64,000 nt of DNA. Source: Ophelia neglecta. Taxonomy: Eukaryota. The notes under the pieces were generated by a model. That model was given only the letters and a program-made list of their open reading frames with translations. It did no database searches and was not told where the DNA came from. The position numbers and the translations under genes are program-made. Below are positions 11,467 to 23,730 of the stretch, piece after piece; positions within the stretch are counted from its first letter, which is position 1, and the number at the start of each line of letters is the position of its first letter. The DNA lies in assembly GCA_965285935.1 (NCBI GenBank), contig OZ260665.1, positions 44,392,001 through 44,456,000 on the forward strand. The letters are read 5' to 3'.

Positions 11467-14158
11467 TTATGCATTTTTGAGTTGTGAATTGTGTCCATCC
11501 ATTTTGTACATTTCAATGCCAGTCTCTGGGGTGCGCAATGAAAATATTACTGGTATTTCACTTAAAATTGGAGTCCTTTGTTGCAAAAATTTAATCCAGG
11601 AAGCAAGTGAATCTTTACTTCCTGTTCCTGTGATACACATGCTGAGAATTGTACCATCTTCCTGCTCATGAATTGTAGGCTGTTTTACTAACTGACTTTC
11701 TGGTTTCTCCTTAAAGGAGAAAAGGTCCCAGTCAAAATTTGCTGAAAGGAAAAACAATGGATGACAGAATTTTCAACACCAGTGAAAATCAAATTCATTT
11801 GTGGTGTGGTTAATTTAAATGCAGTTTACAGAATAATTGAATTGGTCCAAAATAAAATATAAAACAAATCTGGTGATTAATCAAAAGTCTAAGTTTAAAA
11901 AAAAAATCCAAAGACAATATTGACTTTGTAAAATATCTACATATTTTATTTGTACTGTACACCAGAAAATATTGGCATGCTGGAAATATTGGAAAGTTTT
12001 GGGAAATTTCTTTGGGTGACAAAATTTTCTGAAAAAAGTATACATGTATGTTCCTGGCCTGGATTTCCAAATGACAAATAAGTCCTGTGGCAATTTCTAC
12101 CAAAATTTCAAGCAGTCAAAATATTCTGGACCAAAGGTTTTTTTTTACTGAATGTACAATGACAACTCACTATCATCCTCATCCATCTCTATGTCCTTTT
12201 GATGAAATGTTTTATATGTGCTTGTCTCATCTGACTTGAGTACAAAGTAGACAAGGCCATGTTGCCTCAGCCACACATTAAAGCCTCCCTCTACTATCAG
12301 CGGCCTGTCTGGCGGATGCTGCAGCAAAAGCTCTTCTTGAGATGGACTCTGTGCACTGACGATGAAGGTCTTGTCCAATGTGGTTTCTGCATCCAGATTT
12401 TCACACTGGAATGTCAATGCCAAGTGTCATTTTCAGCAAATATAAAATGCTGAAGAACTTTGCATAAATACTGAAGCTTGTTTGCATATGTACTGCTTCA
12501 TAACAGGTACCAGATACAGTGTAACGTTTTTGCCGGAAAGCAGGGCCAGATAGTACATGTATATGAGAGAGTTAAATGATATATTTGCCGGATTTATTAA
12601 GATTCTTCCATGCTCCCATAATACTATGCAATTTGAATTATTTTATTGCAAAAATATTTTCATTATGACAAGTCTGAATTAAATCAGAACATTTAACTCA
12701 TACCCACATCATCTTTATGATCAGTGTTGCTTTAACCAGTGTGAGGTCCCCCGATTTTGGATTTTACCCAATCCCAGTCCAAACTAAGGTTATGTTACTC
12801 TTTAAGTAAAAGTGGAATTATTTCAAATACCTTTCCCTGTTGTAAAGAGAACACAGGCAAGAGATAATCCCTTATATAAAGTTACGCAAAAAAAATCAAA
12901 TGAATGCAGTCTGGTGAGTGCTGGTGCTGTGAATGATTGTTTAACTTAATAAAAGGGATATTCAATGTGGGTCACTCTTTGTTCAATTTTTCTATTTTTT
13001 TGGGGAAAAAAATCTAGTAGAGAAAACATTCATGACGAAATTTCAGCAATACTTAAAACTTTGTTTCAGCTGAGAACACTCTCAATTGATAACAAAACTT
13101 CATGTTAAAAAAAATTATACCTTTAGATTAATTAAAATATTTCACTCTTCAGGGAATAACTATGTATAAACATCAACATAGCTCACCTGAAAAACAGATA
13201 TAGTGTTTTTAAAATCAACACTCATTCTTTTTAGTGCTAATTTGGCCAGTTCTATAGGACAATCAGGCACTTCATGTGGTACTGGGTAGGGGTTGAGGTG
13301 CTTGAACTTTGGCATCCAATACATCATCCTTCTATACTTTCTAAATACATGTCCTTCGGTTCCAAATATTTCCCTCAACTGGAAACCCATTCTGTCATCA
13401 GGTACCACTCCTTTAAACATAAATCTGAATATTGCACATTGAATTAAAGTTGAACATGGATAATTTTCCGATTATGAGTATAAATGTTCGTTTTCAACAT
13501 AAAACATAGCAAAACTCAGAAGTAAATAGATGTCCTCAATCAAGTCCAAAATATAGTAGGCAAGCCATAAAAAGCATGTACACTACGAGTGATATCAAAA
13601 TAACTTACCATTTTCTTCCATTTTTTCCAAAATATCAATGCAACATTGTTGTTGTTTGGGATAATGCATAAACTCAATCTCCCATACACTTTTTGGGATC
13701 ATTTTCTTTTTTGGAAACAAGTCAATGATTTGACGATAGGACTCTATGTCACGGTTCACTTTGAACTCATCCATATATTCAACTGCGGCATAGATGAACT
13801 CCACATGTCCCCGTCGCTGAACTCCCTGATGTTTAAGATATGTTTGAACAGCTCGGAGATATGTTTCTTTGTCTTTTTTCTTCTTTGCAGCCTTGTCAAA
13901 GACTTTGCCAGATTCAGAGATCAGCATTTTTTCCTTCTTTTCATGTTCTGGGTCGCGGGCATCCAAAAATTTATGCCTTACCCAAAGCTTACAATTGTTT
14001 GCTTGTGATAACTTAACCGGTTCTTCCCTGTTTGTCAGGAATGATTTATTTTGCTTGTGTTTGTATGCACCTTGCACATAGAGAGCCCTAGATGCAATAG
14101 TTTGGCATAGAATATGATGTTTGGAAAGAAATGGTCCAACATGTCTGATTGAATTCAT
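11467..14158 (-). CDS. ECSIT: Evolutionarily conserved signaling intermediate in Toll pathway (mitochondrial complex I assembly factor), ~427 aa
   Basis: Coding exons 14158-13609, 13410-13187, 12405-12171, 11741-11467, with GT-AG boundaries and matching phases (1284 nt). Motifs RRGHVEFIYAA, MHYPKQQQC, MMYWMPKFK, IVSAQSP, HEQEDGTI. The N-terminus resembles a mitochondrial presequence. An acceptor at 14171 implies an upstream non-coding exon. Confidence 0.93.
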
Positions 14159-16858
14159 GGCTGGAATTTTCTGTAAAAAAAGGATAAATATTTTTGCTGA
14201 ACCACAAAAAAAATTAATTTGGCAGCCATAGCCCTTAACACATACAAAACATGATCAAATGAGCAGCTATTTGAAACTGTCAATGTTAGTTTTTTACACA
14301 GCGAACTCGGACAAAACTGGACCCCAAATGACCTCTACCCTGCAGTAATACTAGTAACCAGGAAATGACAGCATACACCACAATCTGGACTGAACATTCA
14401 CATTTTACAAGTTACATATACCAGAAGCTGGTTTAAACAAAATCCAGACATATGTTTGATATAAAGGTGTCAAACTGTGGTAATTGTCGACCAGTTTTTC
14501 TTCAGAAGTCTTATGGCTTATGATCTTGAGATAGAAAACGGCAGATTTGTTTTGTATTGTATTGTTTACTTTTTCATTTTGCTTTGGTTACTATTGCATT
14601 GCCTTGTGGTGATTGTCATTACCATGTAGCATTCAGCCACAATATTAATTTTCAACATTTATATCAGTGATTTTGTAGCTGTTGTTATTATCGCAGAATT
14701 TTATTAATTGGCTGACCAAGGAATGCTCTGACATTCTAGTATGCCACACAATTGATCTGCAGTTACCTCTCTCATAGAGCAATACATACGCTTGTAGATG
14801 GGGTCCTAATGTTAGTCTAATAGATTCATCATGATTTATTTAAACAAATTGTAGGAACCAAAAACAATTTTGGGGATCTTTTGATAAAAATAAGGTGTCA
14901 CTTAATATTGCAGTGTATGCGAGGAATCTCAAAAGAATGAAGCAGGCAGCTAAAGGATATTAAATAATTGGGCAGCCTAGAGTAAGATACAGATTTATAG
15001 CCACAGTTGGTGTTCAGAGTACATGGCAAGGTAGGCAGACTTCACACCATTAGGCCCTAAACTTTTCTGGTTTATAGATCCATCAGCCAACATTTGTTTG
15101 CCTTGACTGAGGTGAATATTTTGAATTGAACCAAATTCCAATAAAACCGAGAAGCAGGCCTGCCAGTAGAATAAATACATATATATATAGTATTGTTTTA
15201 AAATGGACATTTGTCATGATCAGTGGCCTGCACAGAACAACACAATTAGCCTAAGTCTATAAGATCAGCGTTGGCCAGTAAATAAAGTTGTGGAATACTT
15301 TCACAGCTTTGGGCAAATAGCTATAATGTACTTATGATGTCCAAGAGCACATACAACATGTGGTAACCAGCTCTGTTTGCTGCATACAATTATCATTTTA
15401 TAGGTATTTTGTATATATAACTGAATATCCTCTTCAACATTTCTGGTTGGGTATCAAGAAGAAATTCCCTAGCTGGGTATCAAGACGAAATTCCCATTTC
15501 TGCATTTCCTTTTTCTCACAGAGTGTTCTGCATTTGGGAATCCCAATGCCAGAATTGTTTTGAAGATAAATATACCACCCCCAACTTTGGATAAAGTGCT
15601 TGCAACTATTTGGATATTTAAATTTTTAAAAGATGTATGGAGCAAGGCATGCCTGTTTTAGATGTTTGACATGTAGGCTGTGCCGCCAGTGTATGGTAAA
15701 ACACCAATTACCGTGTCCAATGAGAAGTAAATGTGATCCAAGCATACATGCTGACAAATGGTAACTTTATATGTTGAAACTAAGCAAATTTGACAAAGTC
15801 AAGTATGCAAACTTAAGATGTTCATAATGATGTCCACGTGGTATTACTTGATTATAAAAAATTGCCAGTTGATCATGAACAGAACAAGAACTTGAGAGGC
15901 AATATAGTGCAATACTATTCTATTATTGCTTAAAGAATGTATTTTGAACATAAGAATGACTTTAATTGATATGGACACATATTTTATACCTCTTTAAGTC
16001 ATAATTTGTCTACTATTTGGTGTAAAATATGTGGGATTTCAACTGCGGTCAAGCAATGAGAATATTTTGAACTGGCTTGCATGCCCGGGTTCCCCATGAG
16101 CATTTTTGCTGGATAGGTACATGCACTAAACTATTATATGTGATTTTCGATTGGATGTGTACAACCTTTGATCAATTGTAAAGTTAGAACTGATTGACAA
16201 TACTCAATGTACATAGCACTTTGTGTATATTGGCTGATTATTCTGTGACAGTGACAAAACAAACTGAGTTGAGAGCACCTGTGGTTGAGATAGCCTAAAG
16301 TACACAGTTTTACATGGATAGGGGAGAGTAGGTAGAGAAGGGCAACCTTGTTTTAAAGTATCATTACTATAGTATGGAAAAGATTTTAATAGTTATAATG
16401 ACAGCTTCCACTAAGCAATTAGGCTTAACTCATAAACATACATTAAAAGGGCTGGTTCCTCAATTCACCAGAAGCCCCATGATAAGTGAATGGGTTGGCC
16501 AGTAGAAGTAGTAGAACCATGCTATATAATCCCGTATTTGCTCAAGTGTTTGTTTTCAGGCTGCCAATAGGTGAATTTTTATGCAATTTATTCACCTGGC
16601 TATCCAATGAATGCCCTTAGGGACCCCGAGCAAATGGAAAGTTTCTCAGCAATTCAAAATTGTGACTAAGGACCTAGGGGTATATGTCAGGGTTTTCTAT
16701 GTAAAATAGAAGACACATCATGGTATATTTCATTTCTGTTAAGCAGAAATAAATCAATTTTCTTCATTAAATGGCCCCATCTCTAGCCTTGGAAAGCATG
16801 GATGGGCCATTAGGTCAATACATATGGACGATTTCAATGTGCAGACTAACAAATGAAA

Positions 16859-17320
16859 GGTGTCCAGTCAACTCGCGCGGGTACTAACTCGCGCGGGCAA
16901 CAACCTGCGCAGGTGCCAGGTCGCTCGAGGTTATTTTCACGGTTATTGTGTTTGGATGGTTTACTACATTGCTGTGGTAAAAACTTATTTGTGGTCATTT
17001 TACCGCCAGATAGATCTCGAGACTTTTTTAAAATATATATTCGCTTTAGTAAGTTTAGTCACCATAGGGCTTCGTTGGCAAACAGGCGGACTTGGATAAA
17101 AGGTTACTACGTTTAGGGGCGAGTAATGGTTTCTATTTATTTCCATCATATTTACAAACCATAATGGGAGTTATGGATGTCTTGTCAACATGTCAAACAT
17201 ACTAAACTAACATTTAAATAAAACAAGCATGTGCAAGTTGCCTGCTGCGCAAGTTGCCTGCCGTGCGAGTTGGCATAGAATGTCGTGCGAGTTGGCACCC
17301 GCGCAAGTTGATCCCGGACC
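16859..17320. mobile_element. TIR MITE with 8/9-bp TSD and CAACTCGC subterminal repeats
   Basis: Direct repeat AAATGAAA at 16851-16858 and 17321-17328. Left GGTGTCCAGTCAACTCGCGCGGGTACTAACTCGC versus right (reverse complement) GGTCCGGGATCAACTTGCGCGGGTGCCAACTCGC. Confidence 0.8.
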
Positions 17321-17419
17321 AAATGAAAATATGACCTAACAAATGAATGTCTCCAAAGCATTTTCTTTTCATAAATACCAGAGGCATGGCAATTAATGTA
17401 TGTGAGTGGGAGTAGGGAG

Positions 17420-17922
17420 GGTGTATCTAAACTACGAAATGTTCCGAAATGTTCCGAAATGTTCCGAAATGTTGCCAAAATGACCTAAAACAATTGGAAC
17501 CGCAAGGGTTTTAGGTGATATTCATCAGGATTGGGTGTTTCAGTTACGTTTTAAGGCATATACGATTATATTTTGGTGCAAAATTACGAAACTAACCTGT
17601 TCCAACCCATGGCTAATGTTTACATTTCGGCCATGACACCTGGGCAGGAAGTCGCTGCTGGACCACCAGAGGGCGTAAGCGACGCCGCCACCAGCAGCGA
17701 CTTCCTGCCCAGGTGTCATGGCCGAAATGTAAACATTAGCCATGGGTTGGAACAGGTTAGTTTCGTAATTTTGCACCAAAATATAATCGTATATGCCTTA
17801 AAACGTAACTGAAACACCCAATCCTGATGAATATCACCTAAAACCCTTGCGGTTCCAATTGTTTTAGGTCATTTTGGCAACATTTCGGAACATTTCGGAA
17901 CATTTCGTAGTTTAGATACACC
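17420..17922. mobile_element. Near-perfect palindromic (foldback) Mutator-like MITE, 10-bp TSD
   Basis: Arms 17420-17661 and 17691-17922 are exact reverse complements except for one extra 10-bp CGAAATGTTC unit on the left. Spacer is 29 nt. TSD GAGTAGGGAG at 17410-17419 and 17923-17932. Ends GG...CC. Confidence 0.92.
17663..17675 (+). promoter_or_regulatory. CTCF-consensus motif in the MITE spacer
   Basis: CCACCAGAGGGCG matches the CTCF core CCASYAGRKGGCR at every position. Confidence 0.55.
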
Positions 17923-18152
17923 GAGTAGGGAGGGAGGGGGGGGGACATATTTCTTTATATATACATCTTGGATTTTAAGGTAGTCACTTATTTCTATAAA
18001 TTAGTACATTTTCCATAACAAGTATTGGATCATAGTTCATTTTTTCAAGGCAAAAATAGTCAATTATCCTTCTATTTTGTTTAATTTTAATTATCGTCAT
18101 TTACTTATTTCAATAACTAAATATAAAGAGATAATAATGTGTTCGGAGTTAC

Positions 18153-18349
18153 CTTCAGATAATAATTTTGTTGCAGTGTCCTATCAGTCAAGCGCAAAAG
18201 AAACAAAAATAGTTCTAGTTTTAGCGTACAACCATTCTTGCCCTTGTCCAGCAGTTCACATGGCGGAAGTTTTAATTTGTACCAGTTGCCGATAGATTGC
18301 GCTTGGAGTTGAGTTGATCTGTTTTCAGAAGTATTCTGCACAAAGTAGA
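18153..18349. promoter_or_regulatory. Putative bidirectional promoter region for ECSIT(-) and HAP40(+) with YY1/ETS composite motif
   Basis: ACATGGCGGAAGT at 18258-18270. Minus-strand donor AAG|GTAACT at 18152 is a candidate end of the ECSIT non-coding exon 1. HAP40 ATG is at 18350. Confidence 0.5.
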
Positions 18350-21300
18350 ATGGAACGAGATGCCGACATTCTAGGAAAATACAGAACAATATCCAATAAA
18401 TTAAAGAAGTGAGTGGTGTATTTTACCTATTAAAGTTTTCGTATTCATTAGCACTTTTTCGAATAAACCTTTCAAGATAAGCTAGTTATCTTGATCAGTA
18501 TATCTTGAGCGATAATAAGTCAAATGAAAAAAACTGGTGGAGGGCGGGGGGGTGGGAGGTGGGGGGGGGGGGATCCCACGTTTAAAAACCTGACTATACT
18601 CCGAAAAATTCGCACGCCCGGCTTGTGTAATATACATGTTTTGTAGGCTTTCCTATGTTAAATGAAACAATGAAAAACTGGCCAACCTATAATTAGGGAG
18701 CAGTTAGTATTTAACATGGGGGGAGGGGGGGTGGGGGTAATTTTTTAAGGTAGACAAGTACTGTATTGCAATTCACGTAATATGTTTAAATCATGAAAAG
18801 GATGTTGTTGGCAAATGGAACTTGACATTAAAAGATTATTCTTTTTCATTTAAGTGAGGAGGAGGGGGCGGGGTGGATTGCAATAACTATGATAACTTTG
18901 GCTATGCTTTTATTGTTTTTGTTCAGGGGTTTTACATGGTTTTCAACGCATAAATGGTCATAATAGCGGGCACCTGGCAGGGGAGCTATCAGTACCTATT
19001 TTTACGTCTTGGGTTTGACGTGATCAAGATTTGAACCCCAACCTGCCACTTATGCCCTGTTACACATAAAAAATAATTTATACATGTATTTTCATTTTGT
19101 TTAAGGCGTTTCTTGAAGAAACCCAATGTTGCCGAAGTAAGTGACCAATTTGGTGAGTATCATTACAGAGATCTTGTTGGAATATAGCAATTGTGATTTT
19201 TCTCAGTTAATTGCAGACAAATATAGCCAGAAACTTAACTCAGGTCAGTGACCTGCACAAGCTACTGGCCCATTTGATCTTAAGTTTATTACCAGTTTGT
19301 TTAATTGACAGTGCAAAATCCAGGTACCAAAAAAAATCTGATAATCATTTTGGGGCATGGATTAATTACTTTTGTTAAAAAATAATGCTTGTTACATATT
19401 TCTTTCATGGCCATAATACAGGGTCCCTGGCAAATGCAGGAAAATAAGTTGCCTTGCAAATTTTCATTATTTGTTTTATTATATTTAATCCTTTAGCTGA
19501 GATTATGGTTTAAAATATCAAACAATCAATTTTTGTCTTTTTGTAGGGTCCCTTGCCAAAACTCTGAAGACCCAAGAGTGTACTCAGTATGCAGGGTTTT
19601 GTTGCTTGGCCCAAGCTAGGTAAAGTCATTGTAATTCAATTGATAAGAGCTGTTATTTACTCATCAATTTATAATTATGTTTGTTCCTCTCTGACTTAAT
19701 TTCCCCCTAGAGTTTTGAACAAAAATTGAGTGGGTATGTTCTTGCCCCCTATCGGAAATAATGGGGAATATAATCAATGAAAATAATTATACCATTATCA
19801 TTAATGAAATTGTATTTTTACAGTGTTTAATAGCAACGTTATGTAATTCAGATGTGAACATACACTCAACAATGCTCCTGGGGAGGCCCAAGCACTCACA
19901 GAGGCAGCCAGATTATTCATAGAAGGGGAAAGGGCAAATAATGAATTGAAATGTCCAGGTTTTGAAGAACATTTGAAAGCTGCCATTAACTGCTACAGCC
20001 ATGCTATCAAAGTGAGTTTTATTTATATTTAAGTATAAAATTAACGGGATAACAGTCAAAATATATTTATGTCAAAGGGCAAGACAGTACCAGTCTACAT
20101 AAATATTATTCTTATGACTTGCAGGTTCATATTGAAAACAAACACATGGCTCTTGCTGCAGCATTATGTTTGGAGCTAGGAAATGCATTGAGATCGCAGG
20201 GTAAATCAGGCGAGGCAATTCAGCACTATCAAAGAGCAGCAGAGCTTCAGTTCCAAAACCCACTGGACTGTCTGACTGCATTGCAGCATGTAGCATCATG
20301 CAAAATAAAAACTAATGACTTTGAAGGAGGTTTGTCTGTACTTACAGAAATGTCCTACCTTGTACAAGAAAGAGGTGGGACAATGTCTAATGGCAAACCA
20401 ATAGGCGCTTTCTGTGATATCCTTGCAAGATGTGAGGTCACCAGAGTTCTACTGCTCATGATTTTACAGGTAAGGGCTAATATAAGCTACTTAAATGAGA
20501 TAATTTTATCCTAGAACTTAACTTGAAAGTAAAACAAGGTGTATTAAAAGAAACATATTTTACTGAATTATAGCTTTTCAATTCTTAACCTTTTTATGAA
20601 ACCTAATGCATGTGGCAGTCAAATGGTAAATCAATTTAATTTCTACCAGAGAGATACTAAAATAAAAAAATGTTTTGATTGTTACAGCCCACTCCTCAAA
20701 GGATACGACCAGAGCATGCCCAGACCCTGGAGAAGTATGCCTGGGAATCTATCGAGGAAGACACTCCAGTGGCATGTCTCAGTGAAGACCTTTTCCTGCT
20801 TTTACAATCTGTCGTAGTAAGGACCATGGATATTTATCTGTAGAGTTTAAGAAATCTTGCTTATAAAAATTTTATTCAATATAAAAATATAAAAATGTTT
20901 TAATTGTAGGCGTATAATGTTAATTAAGATTGAAGCTATTTTAATTCCTCTTTATACATTTGTAAGATCAAGGCAGTGCTCTTTTTCATCCAAAATCAAT
21001 TTCATTCAACAAAAAGAGGTGTTTAGTTTTAGGCATGCTGTTAATTAAACTTCTGCTCCATATGAAATTGCCATAATTTCCTATTTATAAATGCCTTTAC
21101 CCACAGGTGATGTATCAATTTAAAAAAAAATTTAACTTGGCCTACATTTTCAAGGTCAAATCATTAAATTGACTGTTTATCTTTTCTATATTGTGGAATT
21201 TGCTAAGACTTAGAAATGCCATGGACTCATTTAGGAAACCATTTAGTGCTCATGTGATATTGTCTTCTCATGTAACTATGGCTTATGCTTTTACTAAAAA

Positions 21301-22310
21301 TGCTTAACTAGGCATTCTTTATAGCAGCTAGAGCCTCAAAAGATACATTGACAGCATAAAAGAAATCCTAAAACATTGCACTGATGGGTATATCTAAGAT
21401 GTATTTTGAAGGTCATAACTGAGAAAATCCTAATTCATCATAAATATCATTCATAGCTGATAAAGCATGAAATTATCTATGAAGCATGAAAATGTAGGAA
21501 ACTGTATGTTGTTCATCAGTGCTTAGCTCATGGATGACCTGATTTATCTCTCAAGTTAAATGGTGAAAATCTTGCTAAACTTATGTATGGCCTGGAATAT
21601 CTGTCCTTACTTGCATAAAAAGTTTTCCTGTGTAGTTTGAGCTACACATTTTGATTAGTTCACCTGCTTTAAGCCACTGGTTATAGATTCATAGGTCGAC
21701 TGATAGTACCTTGCTTTTTTCCCCATAAACTGTTTGAAAAATAATTTGTTTAAAAAAAAAGAAGTATTGTATACCCTAGTTATGGATATGAGTCTATATA
21801 ATAAGAATTTGAAGGAAAAAATACTTTACATCAGGAAATTGCTCAAAACTATATTTTTAAATGGAAAAATTAAGTATGTAGGCTTTCTTCAACTTAATCA
21901 AAATCAATGGCCCCTGTAATCAACTGGCTTAAATGACAGTTTTTATTAAAACCCCAATACCATGCCTCAATTCCTTTGGGTGTCAGATCCTCAAGTATAC
22001 ACTTCATCAAGTAGAATTCATATACATATGTTGGAGCAGTCATTTAGAACTGGACACCCTGTTTTATTGTTTGAAATGGCTGCCAGTCTCGAAGGTAAAA
22101 AAATATATCGCACAGTTGGGACAGGATTTTGGGACATTATCCTTCTATGATATTGTGTCTTTCCCATTGCAGATGGCATGCCAGTCTGAAGATCTGGAAT
22201 CATTAAAATGTCTGCAAGTAGAACTGTGGCCACTCCTGAATGCAGAACAAAATCATTTATTGCATCTAGTCATACAGGAGTTATCACATCCCTCTGGAGG
22301 GGGGTATTAA
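18350..22310 (+). CDS. F8A1: 40-kDa huntingtin-associated protein (HAP40 / factor VIII intron 22 protein), ~316 aa
   Basis: Exons 18350-18408, 19106-19152, 19547-19619, 19852-20011, 20125-20469, 20688-20816, 22173-22310 (951 nt, phases consistent). Motifs [69 protein letters not shown]. Confidence 0.93.
18908..19050 (-). mobile_element. tRNA-derived SINE fragment in HAP40 intron 1
   Basis: Minus strand has a B-box-like GGTTCAAATC, then CCCAAGACGTAAAAATAGGTACTGATAGCTCCCCTGCC (resembles the conserved central domain of invertebrate SINEs) and an A-rich AAACAAAAACAATAAA tail. Confidence 0.5.
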
Positions 22311-23199
22311 ACTTGTATTTGATTATGTTAAAGATAGTAATGGATTTTAATACTTAATAAATCAATTTTATGTACAATTTATTGAATCCAATTTGTAAAA
22401 TATTTAATTCATTGAGTACAGAATAAACTTTACATTCCTAACTGCACTTACCTGAGTAGCAGCTTTTCATTGTCTCTACTCTAACTAGCTCCACCTGTGA
22501 AATGGTAGAATGACAGCATGTATGATGATAACAATGCTACTCAGGGAATTTATGTACATGTATTGTCAGTATGAATCAAATTGAAAATACTGCGAAGTTA
22601 ATAAAATTATAAAACTGTTTTAGCTTTGTTACATTCATTGACAAAAATATTAATATGCCTTTGAATATTTATTAGGGCTTTCTATTTGAATAGTTTTTTG
22701 GAGAGAAAGGGGATAAAATTTATTCTCATGGGCTACAGTTTTTGATTGAAAAAAATATAAGGTTGTGTGTAACTATAATGTAAATAAAGGGATGATTTTA
22801 CTTGGGGTAAGGAAGGTTAAGAGTTTATAATCATTAGTTGAGTGATGGTGAATGCACAACAGGGTAAATTATAAAATGAGGTTTAATCAAGCACCTGCAG
22901 GTTTAGATGTATCTTAACCAGCATTTCTCTCCATGTTTACCATATTTGATTGATAACATCACACCAAATTTTGCTGCTCTTAATGTTCACGGTTATGGGA
23001 CAGAAATGAGTTCACTGCCCTTTTCTTTTGAGTCTTAATCTTCGAGGGTTTCAATTTCAAGGTTTTGACCTTACACGCTAAATGAAGGGCTTGCCAAATA
23101 TAAGGGACTTTCAATAACATATTTCCAAACTTTTACAGTAAATCTATTATGCCATCTGGTGCCTTAACAGTGCAAGATAGGCAGGTGAAATGTATTGAA

Positions 23200-23730
23200 C
23201 ATTAAAAGGAAGTCATACTAAAGGAATCTAGTGATGACCGTTAATTGGAGCTTGAATGTCATTTTAAGGTCCGTCAAGACAATTGATAGGAGTCTGAATC
23301 CTGAACAGTGGAAGATAGGTTGTTTCAAATTTATAGTTAACTAGTGGGGAATCATACTAAAGGTATTTCATGTTATTTTATTTTTGGAGCTTGATCTCAT
23401 TATAAAGGTCAAATTTTGATAGCCAAACGTTTGCTGTGTTCTAATGGTGTGTTCTAATGGTGTGTCCCAATGGTGTGTTCTAATTGTGTGTTCTATTGGT
23501 TAAAAGACGCATTTGATGTTCTATCAAATATTTGACCACTAAAGGAAGTCATATGCAAGGAATCTAATGATGGTATTGAACTTCATGTTGGTTTTACTTT
23601 CAAAGTCTGTTTATGAAAAACTCGGAATATCTCTTTGTCTAGAATAGCATATAAAATGGTGCAAAATACTATACATGGAGTCTGCTTGTTGTTGATATTC
23701 AGTTGACCCTTGGCCTCATTTTAATATTAA
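23200..23730. repeat. Degenerate ~140-bp tandem array (AAGGTCA/GACCTT-type), likely core repeats of a non-autonomous element
   Basis: Recurring GGAAGTCATACTAAAGGAATCTA...TTTTAAGGTC units near 23205, 23345 and 23541. Related motifs at 21030-21600, about 6870 and about 26935. Confidence 0.5.
23435..23499. repeat. 13-bp tandem repeat x5 (TGTGTTCTAATGG)
   Basis: Five consecutive near-identical units read directly from the sequence. Confidence 0.9.

Noticed and set aside
13646-14081. Plus-strand ORFs of 120 and 70 aa
   Set aside because: Antisense shadows of the ECSIT exon.
17540-17812. Two near-identical 79-aa ORFs on opposite strands
   Set aside because: Artefact of the palindromic MITE: GTG starts and no recognisable domain.
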